Below are positions 18,794 through 28,634 of a stretch of 64,000 nucleotides of DNA, one piece after another. Numbering within the stretch: position 1 is the stretch's first letter; each line of letters begins with the position of its first letter. Both the position numbers and the translations under genes were made by a program. The DNA lies in assembly GCA_964384105.1 (NCBI GenBank), contig CAYLJV010000002.1:128001-192000 (forward strand), read 5' to 3'. Below the pieces are notes generated by a model. That model was given only the letters and a program-made list of their open reading frames with translations, did not search any database and had not been told where the DNA came from. The stretch is from Candidatus Hadarchaeota archaeon (GTDB lineage: Archaea; Hadarchaeota; Hadarchaeia; Hadarchaeales; JAGGTB01).

Positions 18794-19099
18794 TTATTCA
18801 AAATCTTCAAAAAAGTACTTTTCTAGATCTATCTTACCCTCAATAACCTCTACTCCCTCTTTCCTAAGCAATTCCACTTTTTTATCCCGTCCCAGTCTGT
18901 AACCCCCAATAGTTCCACTCGATTTAACTACTCTGTGACACGGTATCTCCACCGGATTGGGGTTCTTTGATAGAGCATTGCCCACCGCCCTTGCAGCCTT
19001 TGGCTTCCCAAGGGCTATTGCTACTTGTTTATAAGTAGAAACTTTTCCTTCTGGAATTTTTGAAATTAAATCCAATACTCTCTTATCAAATTTTGTCAT
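18794..19099 (-). CDS. ogt: O6-methylguanine-DNA methyltransferase (single domain)
   Basis: IPEGKVSTY, ARAVG, PCHRVV; exact start uncertain. Confidence 0.9.
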   Translation of the reverse strand: MTKFDKRVLDLISKIPEGKVSTYKQVAIALGKPKAARAVGNALSKNPNPVEIPCHRVVKSSGTIGGYRLGRDKKVELLRKEGVEVIEGKIDLEKYFFEDFE

Positions 19100-19270
19100 T
19101 TCCAACTTGTTCATTGAACAATGAATACAAAAATTTTGTTGAATCAAATCGTAACTAACTTAAATACTGATTAATGAATCTCCATACCTTTTAGAATCTT
19201 GGAAAACCAATAAAAGAAATTGAATTAAGGACCTCTAACAAAAATGAAACTATCAAAATAGAAAAGAAGG

Positions 19271-20329
19271 ATGAAAAGATTGATAGAGATAGATGGTTCC
19301 AGAGGTGAAGGAGGAGGGAGTGTAGTAAGACTCTCAACTGCCCTGGCAACTACTCTTGGGGAGCCGATCAGAATATACAATATTCGAATAAAAAGAGATA
19401 ACCCCGGCCTGAGACCCCAGCATCTGATGGGACTGCGGGCACTCGCGGAACTCTGCAATGGGAATCTAACTGGAGATGAAGTAGGCTCTAAAGAAATAAA
19501 GCTCGATCCTGGAAAGATTCAGGGTGGAGATATACTAGTCGAAATAGAGACTGCAGGTAGCATATGTCTAGTACTTCAAACCTTAATGATCCCTGCAGCT
19601 TTTTCGAAATCAAATACTAATATAAAGTTTAGAGGAGGAGCAACTGACACATTTTTCGCTCCACCTATAGACTACCTGAAAAACGTTACACTTCCCATGC
19701 TCAGAAAGATGGGATACATAGGCGAAGTAAAATGTGTCAGACGTGGTCATTACCCAAAAGGCGGAGCTATAGCAGAGGCAAAAATATCTCCAATAGAGAA
19801 ACTTAAACCAATTCACCTTGAAGAGCTGGGTGAGGTTAAAAGTATATCCGGGAGGTCCCACTGTGCCAAACTTCCCGGTCATATAGCTAAGAGGCAAGCT
19901 GAATCTGCAGAGAAATACTTGGAGAATTCGGGATACAAAGCCAATATCGGCATTGAATCTTACGAAAAATCCGAGGACCCCCACATAGGACCTGGCACCG
20001 GAATAACCCTGTGGACAAAAACGGAAAACGGAGCTATCTTGGGAACCAGTTCCCTCGGTAAAAAGGGTAAATCTGCCGAGGTAGTGGGAGAGGAAGCCGC
20101 GAAGAGTCTCATAAAACAGATAAAAACCGGTTGTTCTTTCGATCTCTACCTGACCGACCAGATAATACCCTACATGGCATTGGCGGAAGGTAAATCGGTG
20201 ATAACCGGTTCGGAAATTACTTCCCATACTTTGACAAACGTAAAAATTGCGGAAGAGATTCTGAGAGTTGACTTCGATGTGAAAGATAAAAAAGGTCAAC
20301 CGGGGAAAATATCCGTCGAAAAAAACTAG
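19271..20329 (+). CDS. rtcA: RNA 3'-terminal phosphate cyclase
   Basis: DGSRGEGGG, PGLRPQH, RRGHYPKGG, DQII, SHTLTN. Confidence 0.95.
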   Translation: MKRLIEIDGSRGEGGGSVVRLSTALATTLGEPIRIYNIRIKRDNPGLRPQHLMGLRALAELCNGNLTGDEVGSKEIKLDPGKIQGGDILVEIETAGSICLVLQTLMIPAAFSKSNTNIKFRGGATDTFFAPPIDYLKNVTLPMLRKMGYIGEVKCVRRGHYPKGGAIAEAKISPIEKLKPIHLEELGEVKSISGRSHCAKLPGHIAKRQAESAEKYLENSGYKANIGIESYEKSEDPHIGPGTGITLWTKTENGAILGTSSLGKKGKSAEVVGEEAAKSLIKQIKTGCSFDLYLTDQIIPYMALAEGKSVITGSEITSHTLTNVKIAEEILRVDFDVKDKKGQPGKISVEKN

Positions 20330-20580
20330 AAATCATAATCTTCTGTTCTTCAAATGAAATATAACTGACCTCTAAATTTCTTAGAATAACTAAATTTTCC
20401 TCTTGAAAATATTATCAAAAATATTTCTCAAATTACTTATGTCAAAAAGTGAAATTCGATTTTCCAATCTCTACTAAAATTCGAAATATAGAGTCGATAG
20501 AAAGAAGCTCCAAAAATTAACGTCTAAGATTTATCTCTTTATAAAACCCCTTCGACTCAAAAATTGTCGATAACCTGAAC

Positions 20581-20835
20581 ATGTTGATAATTTCGATAAT
20601 AGGTCTGGCCCTGGGATGGCACATGAGTATAATGATCTTCGATCACATAATTCTGCCCAGAAGAAAAAAGCCCTCGACCGAAAAAATACTCAAATCGATA
20701 GAGATGGACTTACTCCAAAATCTAAGAAGGCGATTGGAAAAGCTTCCCAGTGAAAAGTTAAAGAAATCCCCCTATCAAGATTGGTCGACAAAATCTGAAA
20801 TTTGGTTTAATAAGTTAGATGAGTCCCATAAATAA
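20581..20835 (+). CDS. Hypothetical protein with N-terminal TM helix
   Basis: Hydrophobic N-terminus; first of an overlapping chain of ORFs leading to the ATPase. Confidence 0.6.
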   Translation: MLIISIIGLALGWHMSIMIFDHIILPRRKKPSTEKILKSIEMDLLQNLRRRLEKLPSEKLKKSPYQDWSTKSEIWFNKLDESHK

Positions 20836-21412
20836 TCACCCCGAAAAAATATTGAAAAACATAGAAGAATTTCTGAGTATTGAGCCTCAAAACATACACG
20901 ATGGAAATAGAAAAGGAAAAGAGATTTTAGAAGATTTAGAAAACATAGAAGGTCTTATTTTCAAAAAAGAGATCAAAAAGAAATTCGATAAAATAACATC
21001 CAGAGTCAAAACTCAGTACTCTAAACTCTCAAAAGACATTAACTACCTAGAAAGAACCGCTTTAGAATCAGATTGGAAAAAACTAGCAAAAAAGGATTTG
21101 TCAAGCTTTATAGAAGAGGTAATGTCCCTCCAGGAATTTCTTAGCCGACACAAAAGCACCATTCGAAGAAACTTCAATGAGGTAAAATACGGATTCGATC
21201 TTCAAGACTTGGCAAACACTCTCAGAAAAAAAGACGTGGTTGATGAAATAACAGTCTCAAAATTTTTTCGGTTATTACATAGGATGGAAGAAAATGAAAT
21301 TCAATCCAAAACAGAGGAATTCAAAGATAACCTCGAAAGGATTTCGGAATTACTTCTCATTTTGAAGGAACTAAAAACAGGGGAAAAGAACATTGGGCGA
21401 ACAGAAAACTGA
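20819..21412 (+). CDS. Hypothetical helical protein
   Basis: 197-aa E/K-rich ORF overlapping both neighbours. Confidence 0.7.
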   Translation: MSPINNHPEKILKNIEEFLSIEPQNIHDGNRKGKEILEDLENIEGLIFKKEIKKKFDKITSRVKTQYSKLSKDINYLERTALESDWKKLAKKDLSSFIEEVMSLQEFLSRHKSTIRRNFNEVKYGFDLQDLANTLRKKDVVDEITVSKFFRLLHRMEENEIQSKTEEFKDNLERISELLLILKELKTGEKNIGRTEN

Positions 21413-21656
21413 GAAGAAGGTTTTGGCAGCACACGGAAGGTGGATAAAAGAACTCCAGGAATCCCTCAAGGTCATGAAACTTGACATAGATCATCTCAAA
21501 AAGAGAATATCTGTATTTGAAAACGAGACCTCCGCTATCACAAAACATAGAGGGGAGTTGAAATCCGAGATAAGCTCTCTCAGAAACGAACTAAGGTCAC
21601 TAAAGTCAGAGATTGGAAACCTTCGACAAAATAGAGATGGTAAAAATAAAGAATAA
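21393..21656 (+). CDS. Small coiled-coil protein
   Basis: Heptad pattern LKSEISSLRNELRSLKSEIGNL; overlaps ATPase start. Confidence 0.65.
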   Translation: MGEQKTEKKVLAAHGRWIKELQESLKVMKLDIDHLKKRISVFENETSAITKHRGELKSEISSLRNELRSLKSEIGNLRQNRDGKNKE

Positions 21657-23808
21657 AATAAAATCCATCGGAGAAAATCGGATTTTAAAACTAGATTGTA
21701 AAAATTGCGAACAGGCTCCTTCTCTAAAAAGTAGCAAGTGCATGAAGGACATGCTAACTGTACTCGAGGAGCACGTAGATATCGATAAAGCAGTGTTGGA
21801 TGGAAATTACGTTCAGGAATATGATGAGAAGGATCTATCTCTCTTAAAGAATTTCGTTAAAGACCTCAAAGAGTCAATATACACTGCGCTAAAGAAAACA
21901 AGTCCGAAAGATTGTAGAGAATGCGAGGAAAAACGAAAGAAAAAGATAAGAGAAATTTGGAAGGAACTCAAGGAGAATCCAAGAAGAGGACTAGAACAAC
22001 TTAAGCAATACAAATCTGAAACCAAGAAGAAATCGGAAAGTGGAGCAGAGAAGTGCAAAATTTGCAGGGGAAAATTCTCCGAAAAAGGCCTAAAACCAGC
22101 CCATAAGTCGCTATCTAAAAACGAACTAATCCAAAAAATCGTAGAGGCCGGGGAGAAAAAAGGTAAGAAAATATTCAATCCAACCGTCCGACCGAGGTTC
22201 CTTCGCTCTAAACTCAAACTAGAACCAATGAAAAAAGCGGAACTAGTCGATGCTTACGAAATTGGCGCGAGCAAAGTGAGAATATATTATTCATCAGAAA
22301 GACTTCAGCACTTCTACTTTCTAATTCCACCTGAGTATAGATTATCCCCGAAGTACGTGGAGATCCTAGAAGAGGTGCGAAGAAAGCTTCTCAAATTAAA
22401 AGGAAGCCCCGACACAAGGCGAGCAAAGAAGGAGATCGAAAAGAAAGGCAGCGCGTTAATGAGAGATATTTGCCTTGAGAGAGAATTAGATGCAGATAAT
22501 GAAAAAATAAACAAACTCTCAAAATCCCTAGCCAAGTTTACCGCGGGACTGGGAATAGTAGATAACCTGTTATCAGACCCGAAAATCCAAGATATATACG
22601 TAGATGCCCCGATAGAGAAGCTACCGGTCCACATATACCACCAAGACTACGAGGAATGTCTAACGAATGTTTTTCTAACTGAAGAAGACACTCAGATTCT
22701 AACATCTAAATTCAGATCAATAAGCGGCAGACCTTTCTCTGAAGCAAATCCAAAAATAGACCTCAACATGGAGGACGTTAGGATAACTGCAATAAACAAG
22801 CCACTCAGTCCCGACGGGTTGGCACTCGCAATACGGAGACACAAATCCACACCCTGGACGCTCCCGCTATTTATAAAAAAAGATTTTCTCACACCAGAGG
22901 CAGCGGGATTATTGAGCCTACTCGTTGATTCGCAAGCTTCGATGCTGATCACTGGAAGCAGAGGAGCCGGGAAAACTTCCCTCCTGGGAGCACTAATGAT
23001 CGAACTACTGCCGAAATACAGGATCATATGTTTAGAAGACACGGCCGAGTTACCCGTCAAGAAATTAAGAAAGCTTGGACACAAAACTCAGAGACTGCAG
23101 GTCCGCCCATCTATCTCCGGATCTGAAATCGAAATGAACACCGAAGAAACACTCAGAACAGCTCTGAGGCTTGGCGAATCGGTTTTGATTATGGGTGAAG
23201 TCAGAGGACCCGAAGCAAAATCGCTTTACGAAGCCATGAGAATCGGAGCTGCTGGAAATTCTGTAATGGGTACAATACATGGATCCTCAGCAAAAGACGT
23301 CTTCGAGAGAGTAGTGTACGACCTAGAAATTCCTCCATCCTCCTTTAAGGCAACCGATGCGATAGCGGTTGCTTCTCCGATAAGATCTAGGGGAAGCATC
23401 AAAAGAACTCGAAAACTAGTTCAGATCACAGAAGTCGGAAGTGATTGGGAAAATAATCCGATCAAAGAAGATGGGTTCAGAGATCTTCTCTCATATGACC
23501 CAAAAGAAGAGAAACTGAAAACCACTTCCCAACTGGATGACAACAAATCCATCTTGTTAAAGAAAATCGCCAAGAAATGGTCCATGAAAATTTCCGAGGT
23601 CAGAAAAAATCTAAAGCTCAGAACAAAGGTCCAGAGGAAAATGGTGGAAACTGCCTCCGAAACCGAAAATCCCGAGTTATTAGAACCAAAAAACATCGTC
23701 AAATCAAATCTTCGTCTTCACAGTCATCTAGAAGAGGAGATCGGCAAAGGAAAAATCGACTATGGAGAAGTCTTTTCGAAATGGAATGATTGGTTAAAAG
23801 GAGTATAG
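21613..23808 (+). CDS. Type II/IV secretion (VirB11/TadA-like) ATPase with Cys-rich N-terminal extension
   Basis: Walker A GSRGAGKT, Asp box LEDTAEL, Walker B LIMGEVRG, GTIHG; start may be 21637. Confidence 0.92.
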   Translation: METFDKIEMVKIKNKIKSIGENRILKLDCKNCEQAPSLKSSKCMKDMLTVLEEHVDIDKAVLDGNYVQEYDEKDLSLLKNFVKDLKESIYTALKKTSPKDCRECEEKRKKKIREIWKELKENPRRGLEQLKQYKSETKKKSESGAEKCKICRGKFSEKGLKPAHKSLSKNELIQKIVEAGEKKGKKIFNPTVRPRFLRSKLKLEPMKKAELVDAYEIGASKVRIYYSSERLQHFYFLIPPEYRLSPKYVEILEEVRRKLLKLKGSPDTRRAKKEIEKKGSALMRDICLERELDADNEKINKLSKSLAKFTAGLGIVDNLLSDPKIQDIYVDAPIEKLPVHIYHQDYEECLTNVFLTEEDTQILTSKFRSISGRPFSEANPKIDLNMEDVRITAINKPLSPDGLALAIRRHKSTPWTLPLFIKKDFLTPEAAGLLSLLVDSQASMLITGSRGAGKTSLLGALMIELLPKYRIICLEDTAELPVKKLRKLGHKTQRLQVRPSISGSEIEMNTEETLRTALRLGESVLIMGEVRGPEAKSLYEAMRIGAAGNSVMGTIHGSSAKDVFERVVYDLEIPPSSFKATDAIAVASPIRSRGSIKRTRKLVQITEVGSDWENNPIKEDGFRDLLSYDPKEEKLKTTSQLDDNKSILLKKIAKKWSMKISEVRKNLKLRTKVQRKMVETASETENPELLEPKNIVKSNLRLHSHLEEEIGKGKIDYGEVFSKWNDWLKGV

Positions 23809-23811
23809 AAG

Positions 23812-25587
23812 ATGGAACTCGGTCAGTTGTACTTCCGATTATGCAAGATCGCGGGAAAGTCCAAAAAACTAAAATCTATTCAAAAGTCCCCGAAAGAGCT
23901 CGAAAATAATCTCGAAATTCTAAACTCGGAAGTTACAGGAGAGGAGATTATAGCTCTTGCATATTTAGTACTCCTAGCAGGACTCTCCTTTACAGCAATA
24001 TTTCTAGCACTCGCCTGGTTTATCAAAATTTCATTTATTATACCGCTGACTACCGGTTTTTCCACTTTTCTTGTCTATTTCATAGTAGGATGGTATCCAA
24101 GTTGGAAGGCTCAGAACAGAAAAGCAAAGGAAATGAGAAGGATCCCCCAGTTACTCAACTATATCACTATTCTGCTAAAGATAACTCCAAACCTTGAGAA
24201 AGCAATCAAGTTTGCAGCCAGAAACTTGGAAAGATCACTTGGGAAAACTCTAAAAAAGGAATTCTGGCTACTCTGTATCAGCGAATATCCGGATGCGAGA
24301 GAAACTCTAACTCAAATCAGTGAAAAACTAGAGAAACAAAATTCTGGAACAAAGCGATCAATAGATCTAGTAAAGAGTTCTGTAAAAGAAAAAAATAGAG
24401 AAAGCCGGACCGAGATCCTCGATCAAGCCCTAAAAGCGAGTTTTCGAGAAGTCCGAAATCAGATGAAAAATTTTGCTTCAAACCTTCAACTACCTACTGT
24501 GGTTCTATATGGGGTAGGAGTTCTAATGCCACTTACTCTGCTGGCAATAATCCCAGTGCTATCATCAACTGGGATAAATATTGGTGGGAAAGAAATCGCA
24601 TCTATTTATTGCATAATACTTCCCGTCAGTATACACTCGCTCAAAAAGCAAATTTTGTCAAAACGGCCCTCAGCCTTCTTTTCCTACGATATACCCTCAA
24701 GAGACAACAAACTAAAGGCGACTTTGATATCTGTTACAGTGTTTATAGCACCCATATTATTGACATTCGTTTTAGACCTATCCCACTATATGATAGTCTT
24801 CGTCTCACTCTGGAGTTTGACCACCGGAATATCCGTCTTCTGTTATCTAAATTCGGTTAAAACCTACAAGATCAGAAACAAAAATCTAAACCTGGAAAAA
24901 GAATTCTGCGAAACCCTCCTACAACTGGGATATCAGTTGAAAAACAAATATCCCGCTGAAGTAGCTTTTCGAAGGACCGCAAAGATATCCAAGGGAGGTG
25001 AGATATCAAAGGTTCTAGAAAAGACTTCGATAAACATCCAAACCAGAGGGATGGACACTTTCTCAGCTTTCTTTGACGAAGAGATCGGATCTTTGAAAGG
25101 AGTCTATTCAACTTCTATAAGAAATACTTTCAAGCTCCTAACAGACCTATTAAACCAGAGTTCCGAAGTCGCCGGAGAAGCCATTCTTCACTCTGCAAGA
25201 CACCTGCAAAAACTGAGAGAAATAGAAAGGAAAATTCGGAGAACTCTAAGTGAAATTGTAAATTCAATGAAATCTGTATCTATATTTTTCGCTCCCTTCG
25301 TAGCTTCCGTAACAATAAAAATTCAACAGGTTGTTTCCAAAAGAACCAATGTCGTGCCGATCTTAGGTTCCGGCGTTCAAATCTCACAATCCGTGCTGTT
25401 GGGTATCCTAGGTTTCTACACTCTTGCACTAACAATGCTACTATCAAGTTACATAGTAGAGATCGAACAAGGTGATGATAGATTAAAAAAGATGAGAGAA
25501 ATATCCAACAATCTACCTATAGCTATGACAATATTCAGTTTTGGATTGATTATCGGGGATAAAGCAATCTCTTTAATGTCCATATAA
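23812..25587 (+). CDS. TadC/FlaJ-like (T2SS-F) membrane platform protein, duplicated domain
   Basis: Two repeats of TM pair + cytoplasmic domain (PNLEKAI; PAEVAF); 3 nt after the ATPase. Confidence 0.82.
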   Translation: MELGQLYFRLCKIAGKSKKLKSIQKSPKELENNLEILNSEVTGEEIIALAYLVLLAGLSFTAIFLALAWFIKISFIIPLTTGFSTFLVYFIVGWYPSWKAQNRKAKEMRRIPQLLNYITILLKITPNLEKAIKFAARNLERSLGKTLKKEFWLLCISEYPDARETLTQISEKLEKQNSGTKRSIDLVKSSVKEKNRESRTEILDQALKASFREVRNQMKNFASNLQLPTVVLYGVGVLMPLTLLAIIPVLSSTGINIGGKEIASIYCIILPVSIHSLKKQILSKRPSAFFSYDIPSRDNKLKATLISVTVFIAPILLTFVLDLSHYMIVFVSLWSLTTGISVFCYLNSVKTYKIRNKNLNLEKEFCETLLQLGYQLKNKYPAEVAFRRTAKISKGGEISKVLEKTSINIQTRGMDTFSAFFDEEIGSLKGVYSTSIRNTFKLLTDLLNQSSEVAGEAILHSARHLQKLREIERKIRRTLSEIVNSMKSVSIFFAPFVASVTIKIQQVVSKRTNVVPILGSGVQISQSVLLGILGFYTLALTMLLSSYIVEIEQGDDRLKKMREISNNLPIAMTIFSFGLIIGDKAISLMSI

Positions 25588-25638
25588 GGGGAAACACTCG
25601 CAAACTTTAATTATTTGGCCGGCTGAAAAGCTTACGGA

Positions 25639-25713
25639 GCGACCGTAGTCCAGTGGCTAAGACACCGGCTTGCCATGCCGGTAACCCGGGTTCAAATCCC
25701 GGCGGTCGCACCA
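25639..25713 (+). tRNA. tRNA-Gly(GCC)
   Basis: GCGACCG...CGGTCGC-ACCA; anticodon arm CCGGC-TTGCCAT-GCCGG; followed by a T-tract. Confidence 0.96.
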
Positions 25714-26088
25714 CAACTCTTTTTCAGAAAAAGCGTTAACGGAAAAATTAGAAGGCTCATTTTTCTTTTAGAGCGTTTCCTAAGATTTTTGACAAATTTA
25801 TATTCCCTTTTTAACCTCTTAGCGAAGTTGTTTTATCTCTCTTAAAATTGTTTTTTAGTTCGATCTCCGAAAAAACTCAAAAATCTAAAGAACGAAAAAA
25901 AAAATTCAATTCTCATTAATATCACTATTAAACAAAATTCCTTTCTCTAGCTCAAATTAAAGAAGAGTAACAGGATTCTATACACTTTAAAAAGATTGCA
26001 AGTAAAGTTTTGCCTTTTAAAATTAAAGGATTTCTTAAAAATGTTAATAGATAGTTTTACAAACTATTTTTTAGTTCAGGAAGGTTAA

Positions 26089-26976
26089 ATGGAATCAGAA
26101 TCTTTAGGCGCATTTTTTTCGATTTTAGCGGCCATAAGTATCTCTATACGTTACTATTTTCTGAGAAAAACCATACATCTTAAAGGGGTAATATATTCAG
26201 TTTTTATTACCTTTTTGCTTGGAGCGTTATTTTTTATTCCGGTATCGATAATTTTGAATTATCCGAATTTCGAACTCCCTAAAATCGGTATAACAATCTT
26301 CGTTATATTGGGATTACTAGAATTTCTTATAGTCCGTTGCGAATTTGAAGGTATTAGACATATTGGTGCCTCAAAAACTTCGCCAATAATAATGGGCTCT
26401 TTGCTTATTGCTTCACTGATTAGTGTTCTTTTTCTCGGAGAAAATGTTGAAATTCCGCATTGGATTGGAATTATCTTACTCTTTTCTGGGGTTGCAATAG
26501 TTAGCTACGAGTCTAACAAAAATAATCAGAAATCAGGAACTATCCTGTCAGTGGGTATTGTCTTTCCATTTATTGCTATGATACTGATTGGAGTTGCAAT
26601 TCCCCTAGTCAATTTGGGTTATTCCAAAGGTGTGCCTGTCACAATTGGATTAGCTATCACACAACTTGTGGCTCTCCTTATTCTGACATTTTTCTCCCGA
26701 TATAAAAGCTGGAATTTATCTAATTCTTTCAATACAGAGGAAAGGAGTTTATATTTTGGTGTTGGTGTCTCCTACGTTGTTTTTTATTTATTTTTTTATT
26801 TCGCTCTTAGTATTGCACCTGTTTCAGTTGTATCCCCATTCAATGGAACAGGACCTCTATTTGTTCTGATAGTTTCATATCTTTTTTTGAAGCAACTTGA
26901 AAAAATTACCAAAATTTTAGTAGTTGGAATAATTTTGACAGTCTTGGGAGCAGTTCTCGTCGGAGTTTTTATGTAA
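26089..26976 (+). CDS. EamA/DMT-family transporter (cargo)
   Basis: About 10 TM helices in two repeats; LFLGE, APVSVVSP, LFLKQLEKIT; AT-rich DNA. Confidence 0.88.
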   Translation: MESESLGAFFSILAAISISIRYYFLRKTIHLKGVIYSVFITFLLGALFFIPVSIILNYPNFELPKIGITIFVILGLLEFLIVRCEFEGIRHIGASKTSPIIMGSLLIASLISVLFLGENVEIPHWIGIILLFSGVAIVSYESNKNNQKSGTILSVGIVFPFIAMILIGVAIPLVNLGYSKGVPVTIGLAITQLVALLILTFFSRYKSWNLSNSFNTEERSLYFGVGVSYVVFYLFFYFALSIAPVSVVSPFNGTGPLFVLIVSYLFLKQLEKITKILVVGIILTVLGAVLVGVFM

Positions 26977-27149
26977 TTTTAGTTATTTTCCATCTTCATC
27001 ATATTTGTAAACCTATATGACTCATCTTTGAATTTCCATAAAAGAAAGTTTAATCTTTTCAGATAAATCTGTAGGTGTTAATATTTTTCTAAGGAATAGT
27101 CCGAAAGTTTTGATTTCCAAAGCTTGAGGAATTCTAAGTTATTGGCCTG

Positions 27150-28020
27150 TTATTCCAAGATTTTTAAACCTGCTTTCTCATAGACTTCTTTCAATCTCTC
27201 AGGAGAATAATCAGTATAATGTTTAGCTCTGACAGAACGTGGTATTCTACCACAGAAAGCGTCTATATGTTCTCCACTAACTCCTTGGTTTCTCATTTCT
27301 TTGGCAAACCATTTCCTCAAATCTTGTGGCGTGATAGTCTCAATATCTGCTTTCTTAGAATTTTTTCGAAAAATTCTATTTGATGACCGAGCCCGTATAG
27401 AAAAGATTTCATCTTTGGTATCTCTCTCATTTAGATATTCTTTCAAATGAGTTTCGGCTTCCTCGTTATAGAAAGTCACGTAGGTTCTTTTAGTCGAAAG
27501 TCACGTAGGTTCTTTTAGTCCTTGGGTTCTTCGCGGGAATCACCATCCTTTTCTCAAAATCTATATCCTCCTTAGTCAAATTGAAAAGCTCATTTCTTCT
27601 GAGCCCAGTCGTAGCAAACATCAACAGAACCGTTTTGTCCCGGAGAGACTCCATGGCTTCGTAAAGTTTCTGGACTTCTTCCTTTGAAGGCGGACTATCG
27701 TTACTCGGTTGGGGCTGTGGCATAGAGAGTTTTTCAGCTATATCCGTTCCTAAATGGTCTCGAGAGAACACTCTAAGTGATTTTACTTTGTTAGCGTAAG
27801 TGGAGGGTGCATAGTCCTCTTTCCATTTTCTTAACCAATTCCTGATATCCTCTTTTCCAATCTTCCTGAGAGGCTTGTCTACAAATTTCAAGAATTTTTC
27901 AATGTTTCGGATATGTTGTTTGACGGTTCTATCTGCAAGATTCTTGTCTATCTCTAACAATCCTCGGAATTCCTTTATTATTTCCTCGATTGAAGTTTTT
28001 TCGTAGACTTTTTTTCTAAA
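27150..28020 (-). pseudogene. Tyrosine recombinase/integrase, frameshifted
   Basis: ORFs 27490-27960 (SAM-like domain, TGLRRNE) and 27150-27479 (QDLRKWF, KHYTD) join in frame if one 25-bp duplicate is removed; frame stays open upstream almost to the att repeat. Confidence 0.88.
27471..27520. repeat. Perfect 25-bp tandem duplication
   Basis: gaaagtcacgtaggttcttttagtc at 27471-27495 and 27496-27520. Confidence 0.95.
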
Positions 28021-28030
28021 AAAGGTCTAT

Positions 28031-28079
28031 CCGGCTTGCCATGCCGGTAACCCTGGTTCAAATCCCGGCGGTCGCACCA
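28031..28079 (+). repeat. attR: copy of the 3' 49 nt of tRNA-Gly(GCC)
   Basis: ccggcttgccatgccggtaaccctggttcaaatcccggcggtcgcacca, 48/49 identical to 25665-25713. Confidence 0.95.
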
Positions 28080-28634
28080 ATTTTCTTTCTAAAAGAGGAT
28101 CAAAAAAAATTACGAGTATTCTTTGGTTTCCTCTAAAAACCGGGAAACTATCTAAGCGTAAAAAAGGATCCTCAAAGATATTGAAATAAAAAATGGTCAT
28201 TTTTAAATAAAAGTAAATATCATAATCTCTCCAGACTGAAAAGTCTATTTAAATTTCTTAGAGGTGGGGGAAATGGCAAAAAAGAAAGAAAAGAAAAGCA
28301 AGAAGTCTAAATAGAATTTAATTGCTATTCTATAGTAAACGGACCTGTTAATTGAGATAGATCCGGAGAAAATCCAGGTATTAATTTATTTTAAGTTTAT
28401 TTCTTGTCTAGAATGTTAGATAAAGTTTTATGGATGAAAAAATCGATTTTTTACTAAGAGCGACCATTCAAATTGCCTTGTGGAATTTTAGAACTGTTTG
28501 AAACGGTTACAGTTAATATGAGTCCAGTCTCAAATTATAGGTGACCTATATTAAATCCCTAAATATTGCTTTAATTTGGAATCAAAAGCTAATTAGACGT
28601 TTTTGAGATTTTTTGTTATGGGTGTAACAAAATT

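Larger units (their letters stand above)
25665..28079. mobile_element. Degenerate 2.4-kb integrative element inserted in tRNA-Gly
   Basis: 49-bp direct repeats 25665-25713 and 28031-28079 (1 mismatch) flank a tyrosine integrase pseudogene and a cargo gene. Confidence 0.9.

Noticed and set aside
19610-20299. 229-aa antisense ORF
   Set aside because: Lies wholly opposite rtcA; F/Y/C-rich shadow composition
21613-25587. Archaellum (FlaI/FlaJ) assignment
   Set aside because: No archaellin, FlaH, FlaF/G or chemotaxis genes; the ATPase N-terminus is unlike FlaI
27471-27520. Possible CRISPR repeat pair
   Set aside because: The two copies are adjacent with no spacer; no array or cas gene seen in the window
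28031-28079. Possible second tRNA-Gly or split-tRNA half
   Set aside because: Lacks the 5' acceptor strand and D-arm, has a T-stem mismatch and abuts an integrase; explained as attR
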